Counted from the stretch's first letter, positions 30,401-39,000 are shown. The stretch is 64,000 nt of DNA from an uncultured Pseudomonadota bacterium (GCA_902761535.1 CACWKS010000002.1:142418-206417); one strand, 5' to 3'. Numbers and translations: made by a program. The notes: generated from the letters alone by a model not told the origin.

Positions 30401-33102
30401 GTGAGTATGACAAAACCTGTCAAGCTGATTCCTCCAATCACATCCGCGGTGATGACAGCGACGTATGCACCATATCCGGTTCTTCCGGTGAAACCGAAAA
30501 TTATTACAAGAGTTGCCGGTGTGAAGATGGCTATATTTTGACCTGCAGCGCTTCAGATCATTTGGTACCGAAAGACTCGGCCGATTATTGCCAAACTGCC
30601 TCCGGTGAAACCATGTATTATAACGAGTGCGAATGTGCATCCGGATATGATAAAACTTGTGAAGGTCAAACTCCGGCGGATATTAATGATTATTGTTCGC
30701 TTAACGGTGTAAGTTATTATACGGCTTGCACCGGATGTGATGCAGCCAGCGGTTGGATTATCTGCAGCGGAGCCAATCAAATTGGTGACGGACAGACTTG
30801 CACCTTCGACGAAACCACATATTACCAGTCTTGTATATGTCCTTCCGGTTGGACGGTTTGTGACGAAGACCATCAGCCTGATTTATCGGCACAGTCTTGC
30901 CAAACCAGCAGCGGAACCACCTATTACGAAAGTTGCATTTGCAACAGCAGTTATACCGAGTGCGGCGGCAATGGTCAGGTTGGCGACACCTCATCGGGCA
31001 TGTGTGTTATTGATGATGACACCACGGTTTATGAAAGATGTATCTGCAACAGCGAGTATAATCTGACCTGTCAAGCTGATTCCGGCAATCATATCCACGG
31101 CGATGCCGATGACGTATGCTCCATATCCGGTTCTTCCGGTGAACCCGAAAATTATTACAAAACTTGCCAATGCGACGATGGCTATACTTTGAGTTGCAGT
31201 GCTTCAGAACACTTAATTCCGAAAGATGCGGCAGATTATTGTCAAATTGTTATGGATGGAGCAATCCTCTACAACGAATGTCAGTGTGCTTCCGGCTACA
31301 CTTTGACTTGCAGTGACACGGACCATTTAGCTCCGAAAGACGATAGTGATTATTGCCAAACCGCTTCAGGCGAGACCAAGTATTACAACGAGTGTGAATG
31401 TGCTTCCGGATATGACAAAACCTGTTCGGCTGCTGACGGCTTATCTCCGGTTGATAGCAGTGACTATTGCTCGCTTAACGACGTAAGTTATTACACGGCT
31501 TGTACTTGTGATACTTCCGAGGGGTGGGTTATTTGCGACAATAATCAAATCGGCAATGGACCTGTTTGCACCTCCGGCGGCACCGATTATTATCAGTCTT
31601 GCTCTTGTCCGGAAGGATGGGTTACTTGTAACGGCGACCACCAAAGCGGCAACGAACCGGCTTGTATTTCCGGCGGCACCAGCTATTATCAGTCTTGCTC
31701 TTGTCCGGCGGGGTGGGTTGCCTGCGGAACTAACCAAATCGGAAACGGAACGCCTTGCGTATTGGGCGAAACCGAGTATTACCAGTCTTGCTCTTGTCCT
31801 TCCGACTGGACAATCTGTACCGATAACAAGGTCGGCGATCCGTCGTTAGGTTCTTGCACCATTGGCGGCACCACTGTTTATGAAAATTGTATTTGCCCAT
31901 CTCACTGGATTACTTGCGAAACTAACCAAAACGGGGTAGGAGAGGTTTGCACCTCCGGAGGAATTGATTATTATTCGTCTTGTATATGCCCCATTGATTG
32001 GACGGCATGTTCCGGCAATCACATCATTGGTGATCCGTCATCCGGTGCTTGTGCCATCAACGGCTCCACTGTTTATGAAAGTTGTGCTTGCGATTCCGGC
32101 TATACCGAAAACTGCTTAAATCAAGCTCCGGTTGATGAAAATGATTATTGCTCGCTCAACGGTGTAAGTTATTATACCGCTTGCACCGATTGTGGTGATG
32201 TAGTTAAGAGGTACGATTGCGGAGAGCGCGACGCAGGTCCGATTAACTGTATTCAAAGTTATTGGGATGGAACTATACAGACAACTTACGCTTCTTGCGA
32301 TTGCTCAATACCGGAGATATATGATGGTCGTAGAAACACTGAGGCAATTATCAGAGAGACTCCCCGTGGTGAATTTGCAGCTGATGTCGCTTATCAATAT
32401 CATCCTTCAAATCTTTCTCTATTGGATAATAATTTCGGTATTGGCCGTTGGTATCTTCCTGCTTATGGAGAAATGTATCAAATGGTTAATGTTATAGATA
32501 CCGTTAATTCAGGAATTTCAGCCGTATCCGGCGAAGTGATGTATCCAGATATATCGTATTGGAGCTCATCTGAAGTCGATATGTGGTATAGTATCAAGGT
32601 TTCTAAACAAAATGTAACATATCATTATGTTGATGAACAAGAAAAAAGAATACCATGCATATTTCGCATAGTTACTCTCTTAGAAAACAAACTGCCGGCA
32701 ACTTCTTTATCTAATATTGCCGGTGCCGCCGTCGGCGATGTGGTCTATAGTGACCTGACTTATGACAGCTATACCAATCCTCATTCTGACAAAACTCCGG
32801 TCGGAGTGGTCTATTGGGTTTCCTCTGACAAATCTCGTGTGCGTATAGTTTCTCCTAATCAGCCCAAAATGCTGCCCTGGGGTTGGGGTGGATTTTATAC
32901 TTACGTGAAGCTGGAGGATGTACCCACTGAAGTAGGTGAATGGGAAATGGAAAGTCAAATGTGTTGGGACGATAATCAAAATGAATATGAGTGTTATGAG
33001 GTTGATGGTGGTATAGATATCACAGGTATTAAGAATTTAGGATCGAACATGTTTAACGACGGTATAGGTTGTACTTCTACGGAAATTCTTGACAATCTTT
33101 AG
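27451..33102 (+). CDS. Giant secreted cysteine-rich tandem-repeat protein (1883 aa) with more than 30 EGF-like 4-Cys modules and a distinct C-terminal domain
   Basis: Signal peptide MNKNFWLLLFFILCCPVLTYA. A S/N/D-rich linker including DGDSDGDGDG. About 1100 aa of repeats of the form C-x6-11-YY-x2-C-x-C-x2-G-[WY]-x2-3-C. A Cys-poor C-terminal domain of about 300 aa. Confidence 0.85.
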   Translation: MNKNFWLLLFFILCCPVLTYAGIKTINDTPYASGNSATVSSGSSDDNSLSANSPKSQNLLNSSNNSNDSQSDSQADGDSDGDGDGNETYPACYFSGCENYSSCQYYDINSLSVASNYCSCAANNTNIALCDSQLHYHSTVNYSGYARGLGVSADSSLTLVSGQNNYYYLSNVDYFCPVKLNLATLGYTLNPLSQTYYTAARSLDCDYDSSTGVNLFSYTGINCIRPGYGIRDEQIVNLCIYGCENNPNPYDDMLNYENRPKGLQFCDALRNQRDTSSARSFYSMDSYDDLPAAASTKYYMYRPNVAAAPDDFDYQLAECAIRCGVSGNADITPICQGWYYLQNCSSFTAAEEAAGYYISPLYNSYAEAVAAASQISSFDICYNFDYIYRKSTFIRCGIKHSADATNGVYSETECRTNNGVCSDTEGDNYTCGGETYCKRCVCQSGLYTLAEWCAANNITEDCDTEHYKGQGNGCNYDDTSSDLSGVKYASWILDPDNPDNVCQPEGQYVALEDISAATVDELHNTYGPSAQISKCISDNTMKWQITCSSDYAYICGIVDTPSNWCTHGHDSSTTMRSEAASSSPHKYCTSGTLSGICGESIIISNGSGSSLIPASYDLRIYETESPEQCYNRYGRAASVQPCISIDNYGSKYNCYYDLREYIYSTTNDNGAVVCPVRHDLTGNYIVLNGQKRWAECNCMGLYDYTIYTCSGNATVMGKACTQNLSNVNSSNTLINKWKDKVPYDQVNNRILVNSVDLYPYCQCDERFKYTCDDNERTSPLPDSAYCQVDGRYYYESCQCTKDSLPDHWSDNYFNCTSGAQPTGIWKEDGCGGKMYQCSDTIVCTSEYTQTCNGTGQIGVSGYGCQDDEGAYVKWKKCQCDTAGGWHTCLEDNQSGVGDPCISGNVNYYQSCSCPSGWATCDDEHIPDSSVQSCQTDDGIIVYASCGCNSNYSECSGNGQVGDTSSGMCTLSGGTTVYENCICKSEYDKTCQADSSNHIRGDDSDVCTISGSSGETENYYKSCRCEDGYILTCSASDHLVPKDSADYCQTASGETMYYNECECASGYDKTCEGQTPADINDYCSLNGVSYYTACTGCDAASGWIICSGANQIGDGQTCTFDETTYYQSCICPSGWTVCDEDHQPDLSAQSCQTSSGTTYYESCICNSSYTECGGNGQVGDTSSGMCVIDDDTTVYERCICNSEYNLTCQADSGNHIHGDADDVCSISGSSGEPENYYKTCQCDDGYTLSCSASEHLIPKDAADYCQIVMDGAILYNECQCASGYTLTCSDTDHLAPKDDSDYCQTASGETKYYNECECASGYDKTCSAADGLSPVDSSDYCSLNDVSYYTACTCDTSEGWVICDNNQIGNGPVCTSGGTDYYQSCSCPEGWVTCNGDHQSGNEPACISGGTSYYQSCSCPAGWVACGTNQIGNGTPCVLGETEYYQSCSCPSDWTICTDNKVGDPSLGSCTIGGTTVYENCICPSHWITCETNQNGVGEVCTSGGIDYYSSCICPIDWTACSGNHIIGDPSSGACAINGSTVYESCACDSGYTENCLNQAPVDENDYCSLNGVSYYTACTDCGDVVKRYDCGERDAGPINCIQSYWDGTIQTTYASCDCSIPEIYDGRRNTEAIIRETPRGEFAADVAYQYHPSNLSLLDNNFGIGRWYLPAYGEMYQMVNVIDTVNSGISAVSGEVMYPDISYWSSSEVDMWYSIKVSKQNVTYHYVDEQEKRIPCIFRIVTLLENKLPATSLSNIAGAAVGDVVYSDLTYDSYTNPHSDKTPVGVVYWVSSDKSRVRIVSPNQPKMLPWGWGGFYTYVKLEDVPTEVGEWEMESQMCWDDNQNEYECYEVDGGIDITGIKNLGSNMFNDGIGCTSTEILDNL

Positions 33103-33129
33103 TTAATGCCCTCTGCCCAAATTATTAAC

Positions 33130-34410
33130 CTGTCATGCCTGAGCAACTGAAAGTTGCGAATAAGGCATCTTCGAAAAAAAAACTGTCATGCCTCAATCGG
33201 CGAAAACAAAACGACCAAACCTGTCATGCCTCAATCGGCGCCAGTCCGATTGATAAGGCATCTTCGAATTTTTTAAAAATTCGTAGCCCCCTTATTCGCC
33301 TCATTTTATTCGGCTCAGGGGTGACATTTAAAAAAACTGTCATGCCTGAGCGGTTGCAAACCGCGAATAAGGCATCTTCGAAAAAAAAACTGTCATGCCT
33401 CAATCGGCGAAAACAAAACAAGTAAGGGGATAAGAGGGGATAAAATACTTCCTTTTTTGCTTTATTAAAAAAAATAATTCGAAGATGCCTTACTCCACTC
33501 ACTTCGTTCGTTTCGGGCATGACATTTTATATTTAAACTGTCATGCCTGAGCGGTTGCAAACCGCGAATAAGGCATCTTCGAATTTTCTCTTGTAAAAAC
33601 CTATTTTATGAAATATAATCAACTTTATGAAAGAAATGTATGTTTATATAATGACCAATAAAAATAATACCACATTATATATCGGTGTTACGTCTGATTT
33701 AGTCCGTCGGGTTTATGAACATAAAAACGGCATTTTTAAGGGCTTTACTTCTGAATATAATTTAAATAAGTTGGTGTACTATGAAATAATTGATGGTGAA
33801 ACTCAAGCCATTGAACGAGAAAAACAACTTAAAAAATTTTATAAAGATTATAAGAAACGTCTTATTACAGAAAAGAATCCTTCATGGCAAGACTTATATT
33901 CTGAAATTTGCAGTGAGTAGTAAAAATAATTCGAAGATGCCTAACTCCGAAATATAACTTGTCACCCCTGAGCAACTGAAAGTTGCGAATAAGGGGTCTA
34001 CGAATTTGCCCTTCCCCTTGCAAGCAAGGGGATAAGAGGGGATAAAATACTTCCTTATTTTTACTTTATTAAAAAATAATTCGAAGATGCCTAACTCCGT
34101 TCGCTAACGCTCACTACGGGCATGACATTAATATTTTTTCTCAGGGTTTGGGATTTATGAGTAAAGCGGAAAAAGCAAATATTAAATCGGCTGGCAGTAT
34201 TTCTTTATGCGGCTTACGTCGCGCGCTTTAGTGTGTAAGTTAAGCCGCAGCCTTATGCCGTTTTAATATTTGCCCGCTTTGCGAATATCCCAATGACTTT
34301 TGGTTACTTTTTGTTGCCAAAAAGTAACGCAAATATAAATATAAAAATAAAAATAATTCGAAGATGCCTTACTCCGTTCGCTCCGCTCTCTTAAGGGCAT
34401 GACATTAATA
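33130..34410. repeat. Dense cluster of at least 12 copies, in both orientations, of a 45-60-bp hairpin element family. The core is tgtcATGCC-[internal hairpin]-aataaGGCATcttcgaa, with variants.
   Basis: Copies sit at about 33130-33175, 33184-33214 (partial), 33221-33268, 33278-33328 (reverse variant), 33337-33382, 33389-33420 (partial), 33479-33526 (reverse), 33538-33584, 33925-33950 (reverse, partial), 33957-34003 (CCCC/GGGG variant), 34062-34133 (reverse) and 34340-34405 (reverse). Auxiliary motif aaggggataagaggggataaaatacttcc occurs twice. Confidence 0.85.
33627..33920 (+). CDS. GIY-YIG (URI-domain) nuclease family protein, COG2827-type small endonuclease
   Basis: YVYIMTNKNNTTLYIGVTSDLVRRVYEHKNG matches the GIY-x10-YIG signature, including the conserved R and the E of EHK. 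The likely start is the MYVYIM Met at about 33636. Confidence 0.75.
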   Translation: MKEMYVYIMTNKNNTTLYIGVTSDLVRRVYEHKNGIFKGFTSEYNLNKLVYYEIIDGETQAIEREKQLKKFYKDYKKRLITEKNPSWQDLYSEICSE

Positions 34411-34444
34411 TTTAACCTGTCCTTCCCAAAAACAAAAATAAAAC

Positions 34445-35365
34445 TTATCTGATAAATTCTTTAGGTCTGGTAAAACTCGGCATCTGTTCTTTATCATCAT
34501 TTTTTGCCGGAGCCGATATTGAAATATTACCGTTAAATACCGTTTCTGCCTGTTGTTTGCCGATTGCAATATAAATATCACTCATACCTGATGCCGGATA
34601 ATAATATTTATCCAAAGCCGGAATTTTTTCATTTTTTCCCAGTATCAAATAACCGCCTTGTGGTTGTCTTTCACTCAAACGTTTTAAAATTTCATCTTGA
34701 TGTTCTGTATCAAAATATTTTAATAAATTGCGGCAAAATACCACTTCAAACTTATTGGTTCCGGCAATGTCATCTAAAACATTATAATGACGGAAATCCA
34801 CTTTATGTCTTATTATATCTTTCGCCAGCCATTGCTCTCGGTTGATTTCAAAATATTCCAATATGTCATCAATACTTAAACCGGTCTGAATTTCAAAATT
34901 ATTATACAAGCCGCGTTGTGATTTATTGATCGCCACCACTGATATATCCGAACCTGAAATATTTATCTTCCAGTTTTGAAAATTCTTTTTGCATTTATCA
35001 AATATAATTGCAATACTGTAAGTCTCCTGTCCGCTTGAACATCCGACACTCCACACGTTTATTTCTTTGCGTGAACGACATTTGTCTTTTAGTTTTGGCA
35101 AAACTTTATTTTTAAAATCAGCAAAAACTTCAGCGTCACGAAAAAACATTGTATCCGAAAAAGCTATTGTTTCCACCACTTGATTTATCAGAGTGCGATT
35201 ACCTGTCCTCAGCTCGTTTATCAAATCTTCTTCCGAACCGTAATTTTTACCGCGGATAAAATTAGCAATTTTTTTCTCTATAACAAAATAATTTTTTTCA
35301 TCAAACTGCCATCCGGCATTTTCTTTCATCAGCTTCAATAAAAAATTAAAATCTTTTTTTAACAT
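34445..35365 (-). CDS. CheR-type protein-glutamate O-methyltransferase-like protein
   Basis: CheR N-terminal helical domain plus a SAM-binding methyltransferase fold (VWSVGCSSGQETYSIAI). Confidence 0.7.
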   Translation of the reverse strand: MLKKDFNFLLKLMKENAGWQFDEKNYFVIEKKIANFIRGKNYGSEEDLINELRTGNRTLINQVVETIAFSDTMFFRDAEVFADFKNKVLPKLKDKCRSRKEINVWSVGCSSGQETYSIAIIFDKCKKNFQNWKINISGSDISVVAINKSQRGLYNNFEIQTGLSIDDILEYFEINREQWLAKDIIRHKVDFRHYNVLDDIAGTNKFEVVFCRNLLKYFDTEHQDEILKRLSERQPQGGYLILGKNEKIPALDKYYYPASGMSDIYIAIGKQQAETVFNGNISISAPAKNDDKEQMPSFTRPKEFIR

Positions 35366-35742
35366 CAGATAATTCCTTCATTTTTTAATAATGCCAATTT
35401 TAATTTTGAAGCAATAATATCTTCATCAAACGGCCTGATAATAAAATCATCTGCTCCTCCATCCAAAGCCTTTTGTAAAATATCGGTATCTTTAACATAA
35501 GCACAAAACATAAATATCGGTTGTTTGACTTTTTTATCGTTGCGAATTGTATAAAGCACATCAAGACCGTCAACTATCGGCAACTCCCAATCGCAAATAA
35601 TCAAATCCGGTTGAATTTTCATATAGCTCTTTAACAGTTCTTCACCGTTTTCTGCTTCAATAGCGTTGTAGCCTAAATTCTTTACTATTTTTCCTATCAG
35701 CATACGCATAATTTTTGAATCGTCAGCTATAATGCAATTCAT
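35365..35742 (-). CDS. Single-domain response regulator (CheY-like receiver)
   Basis: Receiver domain with a DD acidic pocket, the phospho-acceptor Asp in LIICDWELP and the conserved Lys. Confidence 0.75.
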   Translation of the reverse strand: MNCIIADDSKIMRMLIGKIVKNLGYNAIEAENGEELLKSYMKIQPDLIICDWELPIVDGLDVLYTIRNDKKVKQPIFMFCAYVKDTDILQKALDGGADDFIIRPFDEDIIASKLKLALLKNEGII

Positions 35743-35743
35743 C

Positions 35744-36346
35744 TCAATTCTCCGTAATCTTCAAATAATAATTTTCTTCATCTTTCGCCAGAATAACCCT
35801 TTGGATGCCGTATTTTTCCAACAAAAGTGCCAGCGGTGCTGTGTTAGCCGTAACTGCCGTAACATCACCATCCATCATTTTTTGCAAATTTTGCCATTTA
35901 TCAGCTGATATTTTATTCTCACAATTTATTTGTACACGCAAAACATCACTTAAATTTTGCACTTTAACGGTTCCGCCTCTCACTAACAAATCAGCCATAA
36001 CCATAATCGCAACCATGGCTGTCTTAATTTGCTTAATACTTTCCCAATCCGCCTGTAACTTAATCGGATAATCGGAATTTCCCAAACTCGCTAAATAATT
36101 ATCACATGTGGTTTTAACCAAATTCAAATCACTGAGAGCGTTATTATCAAGCCCGAAAGCCATTCTGAAAAATTTCATTCTTGCAGTCAAATTAAAAGAA
36201 CTGGTTCGTAATATGCTTTTTATATCTTCCAAAAAATCCAAATCTCCTTCTTCCAACAGTTCGGAGGCGTTAGCTACAGCACCGATGTTTCCTATAATAT
36301 CATGACTTATACGAGTGCATATCAATTCAGAAACCAAATTTTTCAT
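35744..36346 (-). CDS. chpT: Histidine phosphotransferase ChpT-like protein
   Basis: The ORF track gives 35744..36415; the likely start is MKNLVSELI at 36346. The N-terminus LVSELICTRISHDIIGNIGAVANASELLEE matches the ChpT/DUF2328 signature around the phospho-His. Confidence 0.65.
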   Translation of the reverse strand: MKNLVSELICTRISHDIIGNIGAVANASELLEEGDLDFLEDIKSILRTSSFNLTARMKFFRMAFGLDNNALSDLNLVKTTCDNYLASLGNSDYPIKLQADWESIKQIKTAMVAIMVMADLLVRGGTVKVQNLSDVLRVQINCENKISADKWQNLQKMMDGDVTAVTANTAPLALLLEKYGIQRVILAKDEENYYLKITEN

Positions 36347-36356
36347 ACTTTCATCC

Positions 36357-37475
36357 TTAAAAATTATAAAAATCACTACTGACAAAACGCCGGTCTTCTT
36401 GAACCATCTTGTCATAATCTAATTCAATAAACATCGGATCTACCAATTCTAATTTTCCGGTAGTAGCTGTCAGATAAGGTTTATTACCGCCTAATCCCCA
36501 GGTAACCGTATTCTTATCATCGGGAACTCCGTACTTTCTGTTTATTTTTTTCCAAAAATCATATATTTTCAGATTGCGCAGATACGTAGCTTTGGGTGAA
36601 TTTCCGTTTATCGCTACAATATTCGAAGTATAATAAATTTTATGAACCCTGTTACCGGTAAAATTACTGGTAAAATAAACTTCAATTTCTTCTTTGGTTT
36701 CAAACTTGGCGAATTTTATATATTCTACATATTCAAAACCTTCCTTTTTAGCTTTCTTTAATACGCAAGCCTGCAACCTTTCATATCCGACAATTCCCGA
36801 GTTGCGACAAATTTCTTCGTTTCTCCATTTAATAAAATTCGGAACTTGATACCGAGCATTAATTTTTTTGAAACCATGCGTTAACAAAACATCTTCCGCT
36901 TGAGATACATTCATTCTCAACATAACTCCTGCAATATCAAAAATTGCCGCATTAGAGCGATTGTTTTTGGCATTTTTGCGAGAAATATTCATCATATTAT
37001 CAATATCGGCATCTTCTTCGGAAACTTCTGCTTCTTTATTATCAGATGATACTTTAGGGCTGTCATTGTCACCGCTCAACAATTTGCTGGGTGACAACTC
37101 GCTTATTTTTTCAATCCAGGTTCCGTCCAGAATGCTTTCGTTTTTATTTTTAGGATCACTTTGTAATCTCTCGGTAAGACTGTCTCCCTGAGGCGTGGTT
37201 GGTGATTTTTGCAGATCATCGCTAGCAATTTGATCTAAGCTTTTAATTGCAGGCCGCTCGGGAATAAACAGAGTTTCATTATCCTGAGTTGTTTCTTCGG
37301 CAGAAGGATTATCTATGCCGGAGGAAGATGGCACCTCATCTTTTGTTTCATTTTTGGGGTTATCCCAATCGGATATTTCATAATCGATTGCATCATCGTA
37401 AGCCTCACCGTCCTCACTGGCAAAAGCCGGTGAGACTAATAATAATGCTGTAATTAATATTTGTACCGTTTTCAT
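36357..37475 (-). CDS. Secreted hypothetical protein with an acidic low-complexity N-terminal region
   Basis: Signal peptide MKTVQILITALLLVSPAFA. The first 180 aa are D/E/S-rich, followed by a globular C-terminal domain with no recognised motif. Confidence 0.5.
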   Translation of the reverse strand: MKTVQILITALLLVSPAFASEDGEAYDDAIDYEISDWDNPKNETKDEVPSSSGIDNPSAEETTQDNETLFIPERPAIKSLDQIASDDLQKSPTTPQGDSLTERLQSDPKNKNESILDGTWIEKISELSPSKLLSGDNDSPKVSSDNKEAEVSEEDADIDNMMNISRKNAKNNRSNAAIFDIAGVMLRMNVSQAEDVLLTHGFKKINARYQVPNFIKWRNEEICRNSGIVGYERLQACVLKKAKKEGFEYVEYIKFAKFETKEEIEVYFTSNFTGNRVHKIYYTSNIVAINGNSPKATYLRNLKIYDFWKKINRKYGVPDDKNTVTWGLGGNKPYLTATTGKLELVDPMFIELDYDKMVQEDRRFVSSDFYNF

Positions 37476-37635
37476 TTTTTTATTTTAATTGCAATTACTC
37501 GGCGATTCTATAATTATTTATTGCGTTTGGCAAACATAATAGCATACTTATGAACGAAGTTTTTATTTACATTTCAAATTTAAGCGATTATAACCTCTTT
37601 CAAGCATATTTGATATTTTGAAAGGGTTAACATAA

Positions 37636-39000
37636 TTGTCGGTTAAAGAGGTTCATATAATAGGGGCGGGACTAAGCGGAGCCGAAGCAGCTTGGTTTTT
37701 GGCTCAAAGAGATATAAAAGTGATTATACACGAAATGCGTCCGCAACACTCCTCTCCGGCTCACAAGACAGCTAAAGCTGCAGAATTGGTCTGTTCAAAT
37801 TCCTTGCGCAGCGATGACGCTTCGTCAAGTGCCATCGGTTTACTTCATCAAGAGATGCGACAGCTAGATTCCTTGGTAATGCAGGCCGCAGATGTTGCTA
37901 AAGTTCCGGCAGGCGGAGCCTTAGCCGTTGACCGCGAAGGTTTTTCATCATTTATTGACGATAAATTGCATCAACACCCTCTAATTGAATTTTCAATTCA
38001 AGAAGTAGCCGAATTTCCCGCTGAAGAATATCCGACAATTATTGCCACCGGCCCGCTTACTTCACCGGCATTGATAAAAGCCGTCTTAGATGAAACCGGC
38101 GGAGAATGTCTCAATTTTTTTGATGCTATTGCTCCGGTTGTCTATAAAGAAAGTATTGATTTTGATAAATGTTGGTATCAGTCGCGCTATGACAAAGGTG
38201 ACAAGTTTGATTATATTAACTGTCCGCTCACCCAAGATGAATATTACGCTTTTGTTGATGCTTTACTGACAGCCGAAAAAACGGAATTTCATGATTTTGA
38301 AAAAGATATCGGCTATTTTGACGGCTGCCTTCCGATTGAGGTTATGGCAGAACGGGGCAGGGATACTTTGTTGTTCGGACCTATGAAACCGGTTGGCCTT
38401 ACCGATCCGCACAATCCCGATATCAAACCTTATGCCGTTGTTCAATTAAGGCAAGATAATCATGAGGATACTTTGCGTAATATGGTCGGTTTTCAGACAA
38501 AAATGAAATATGCCGAACAATTAAGAGTATTCAGAATGATACCGGCTTTGCAAAATGCTGAATTTGCCAGACTTGGGGGTATCCATAAAAATACATTTAT
38601 CAAAAGTCCGGTTGTTTTGGATGATTTACTGCGGCTTAAAACAAAACCGCATATCAGTTTTGCCGGTCAAATCACCGGCTGTGAAGGCTATTGCGAAAGT
38701 GCTGCCATGGGAATTTTAGCCGGTTTGTTTAAATTTTGCGAGTTAACCGGCAATTCTGTGCCTTTTCCACCGCAATCCACTGCAATCGGTGCAATGTATC
38801 AGCATTTGCGTGATGCTACCAATGTTCAAGATTACCAACCGATGAATGTTAATTTCGGGCTTTTTGCTCGGCTGCCGTCGATTATATCAACCCGAGGAAA
38901 AAAAATACACTTAAAAGGTGTACTGCGTAAAGAGGCTTATTGTCAAAGAGCCAAATCCGATATTATTCCGTGGCTTAATAAAATATCATCAATGTTATAG
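37636..39000 (+). CDS. trmFO: Methylenetetrahydrofolate--tRNA-(uracil54-C5)-methyltransferase
   Basis: FAD-binding IIGAGLSGAEAAW and TrmFO/Gid family features. TTG start. Confidence 0.9.
   Translation: MSVKEVHIIGAGLSGAEAAWFLAQRDIKVIIHEMRPQHSSPAHKTAKAAELVCSNSLRSDDASSSAIGLLHQEMRQLDSLVMQAADVAKVPAGGALAVDREGFSSFIDDKLHQHPLIEFSIQEVAEFPAEEYPTIIATGPLTSPALIKAVLDETGGECLNFFDAIAPVVYKESIDFDKCWYQSRYDKGDKFDYINCPLTQDEYYAFVDALLTAEKTEFHDFEKDIGYFDGCLPIEVMAERGRDTLLFGPMKPVGLTDPHNPDIKPYAVVQLRQDNHEDTLRNMVGFQTKMKYAEQLRVFRMIPALQNAEFARLGGIHKNTFIKSPVVLDDLLRLKTKPHISFAGQITGCEGYCESAAMGILAGLFKFCELTGNSVPFPPQSTAIGAMYQHLRDATNVQDYQPMNVNFGLFARLPSIISTRGKKIHLKGVLRKEAYCQRAKSDIIPWLNKISSML

Noticed and set aside
28544-31849. Many 60-110-aa ORFs on both strands inside the giant Cys-rich gene
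   Set aside because: These are frame artefacts of a long repetitive GC-enriched coding region. The single 1883-aa frame with a signal peptide explains the region.
33130-34410. Could the repeat cluster be a CRISPR array?
   Set aside because: The repeats are individually palindromic hairpins. They occur in both orientations, have variable internal sequence and are irregularly spaced. There is no constant repeat with unique spacers, and no cas genes nearby.
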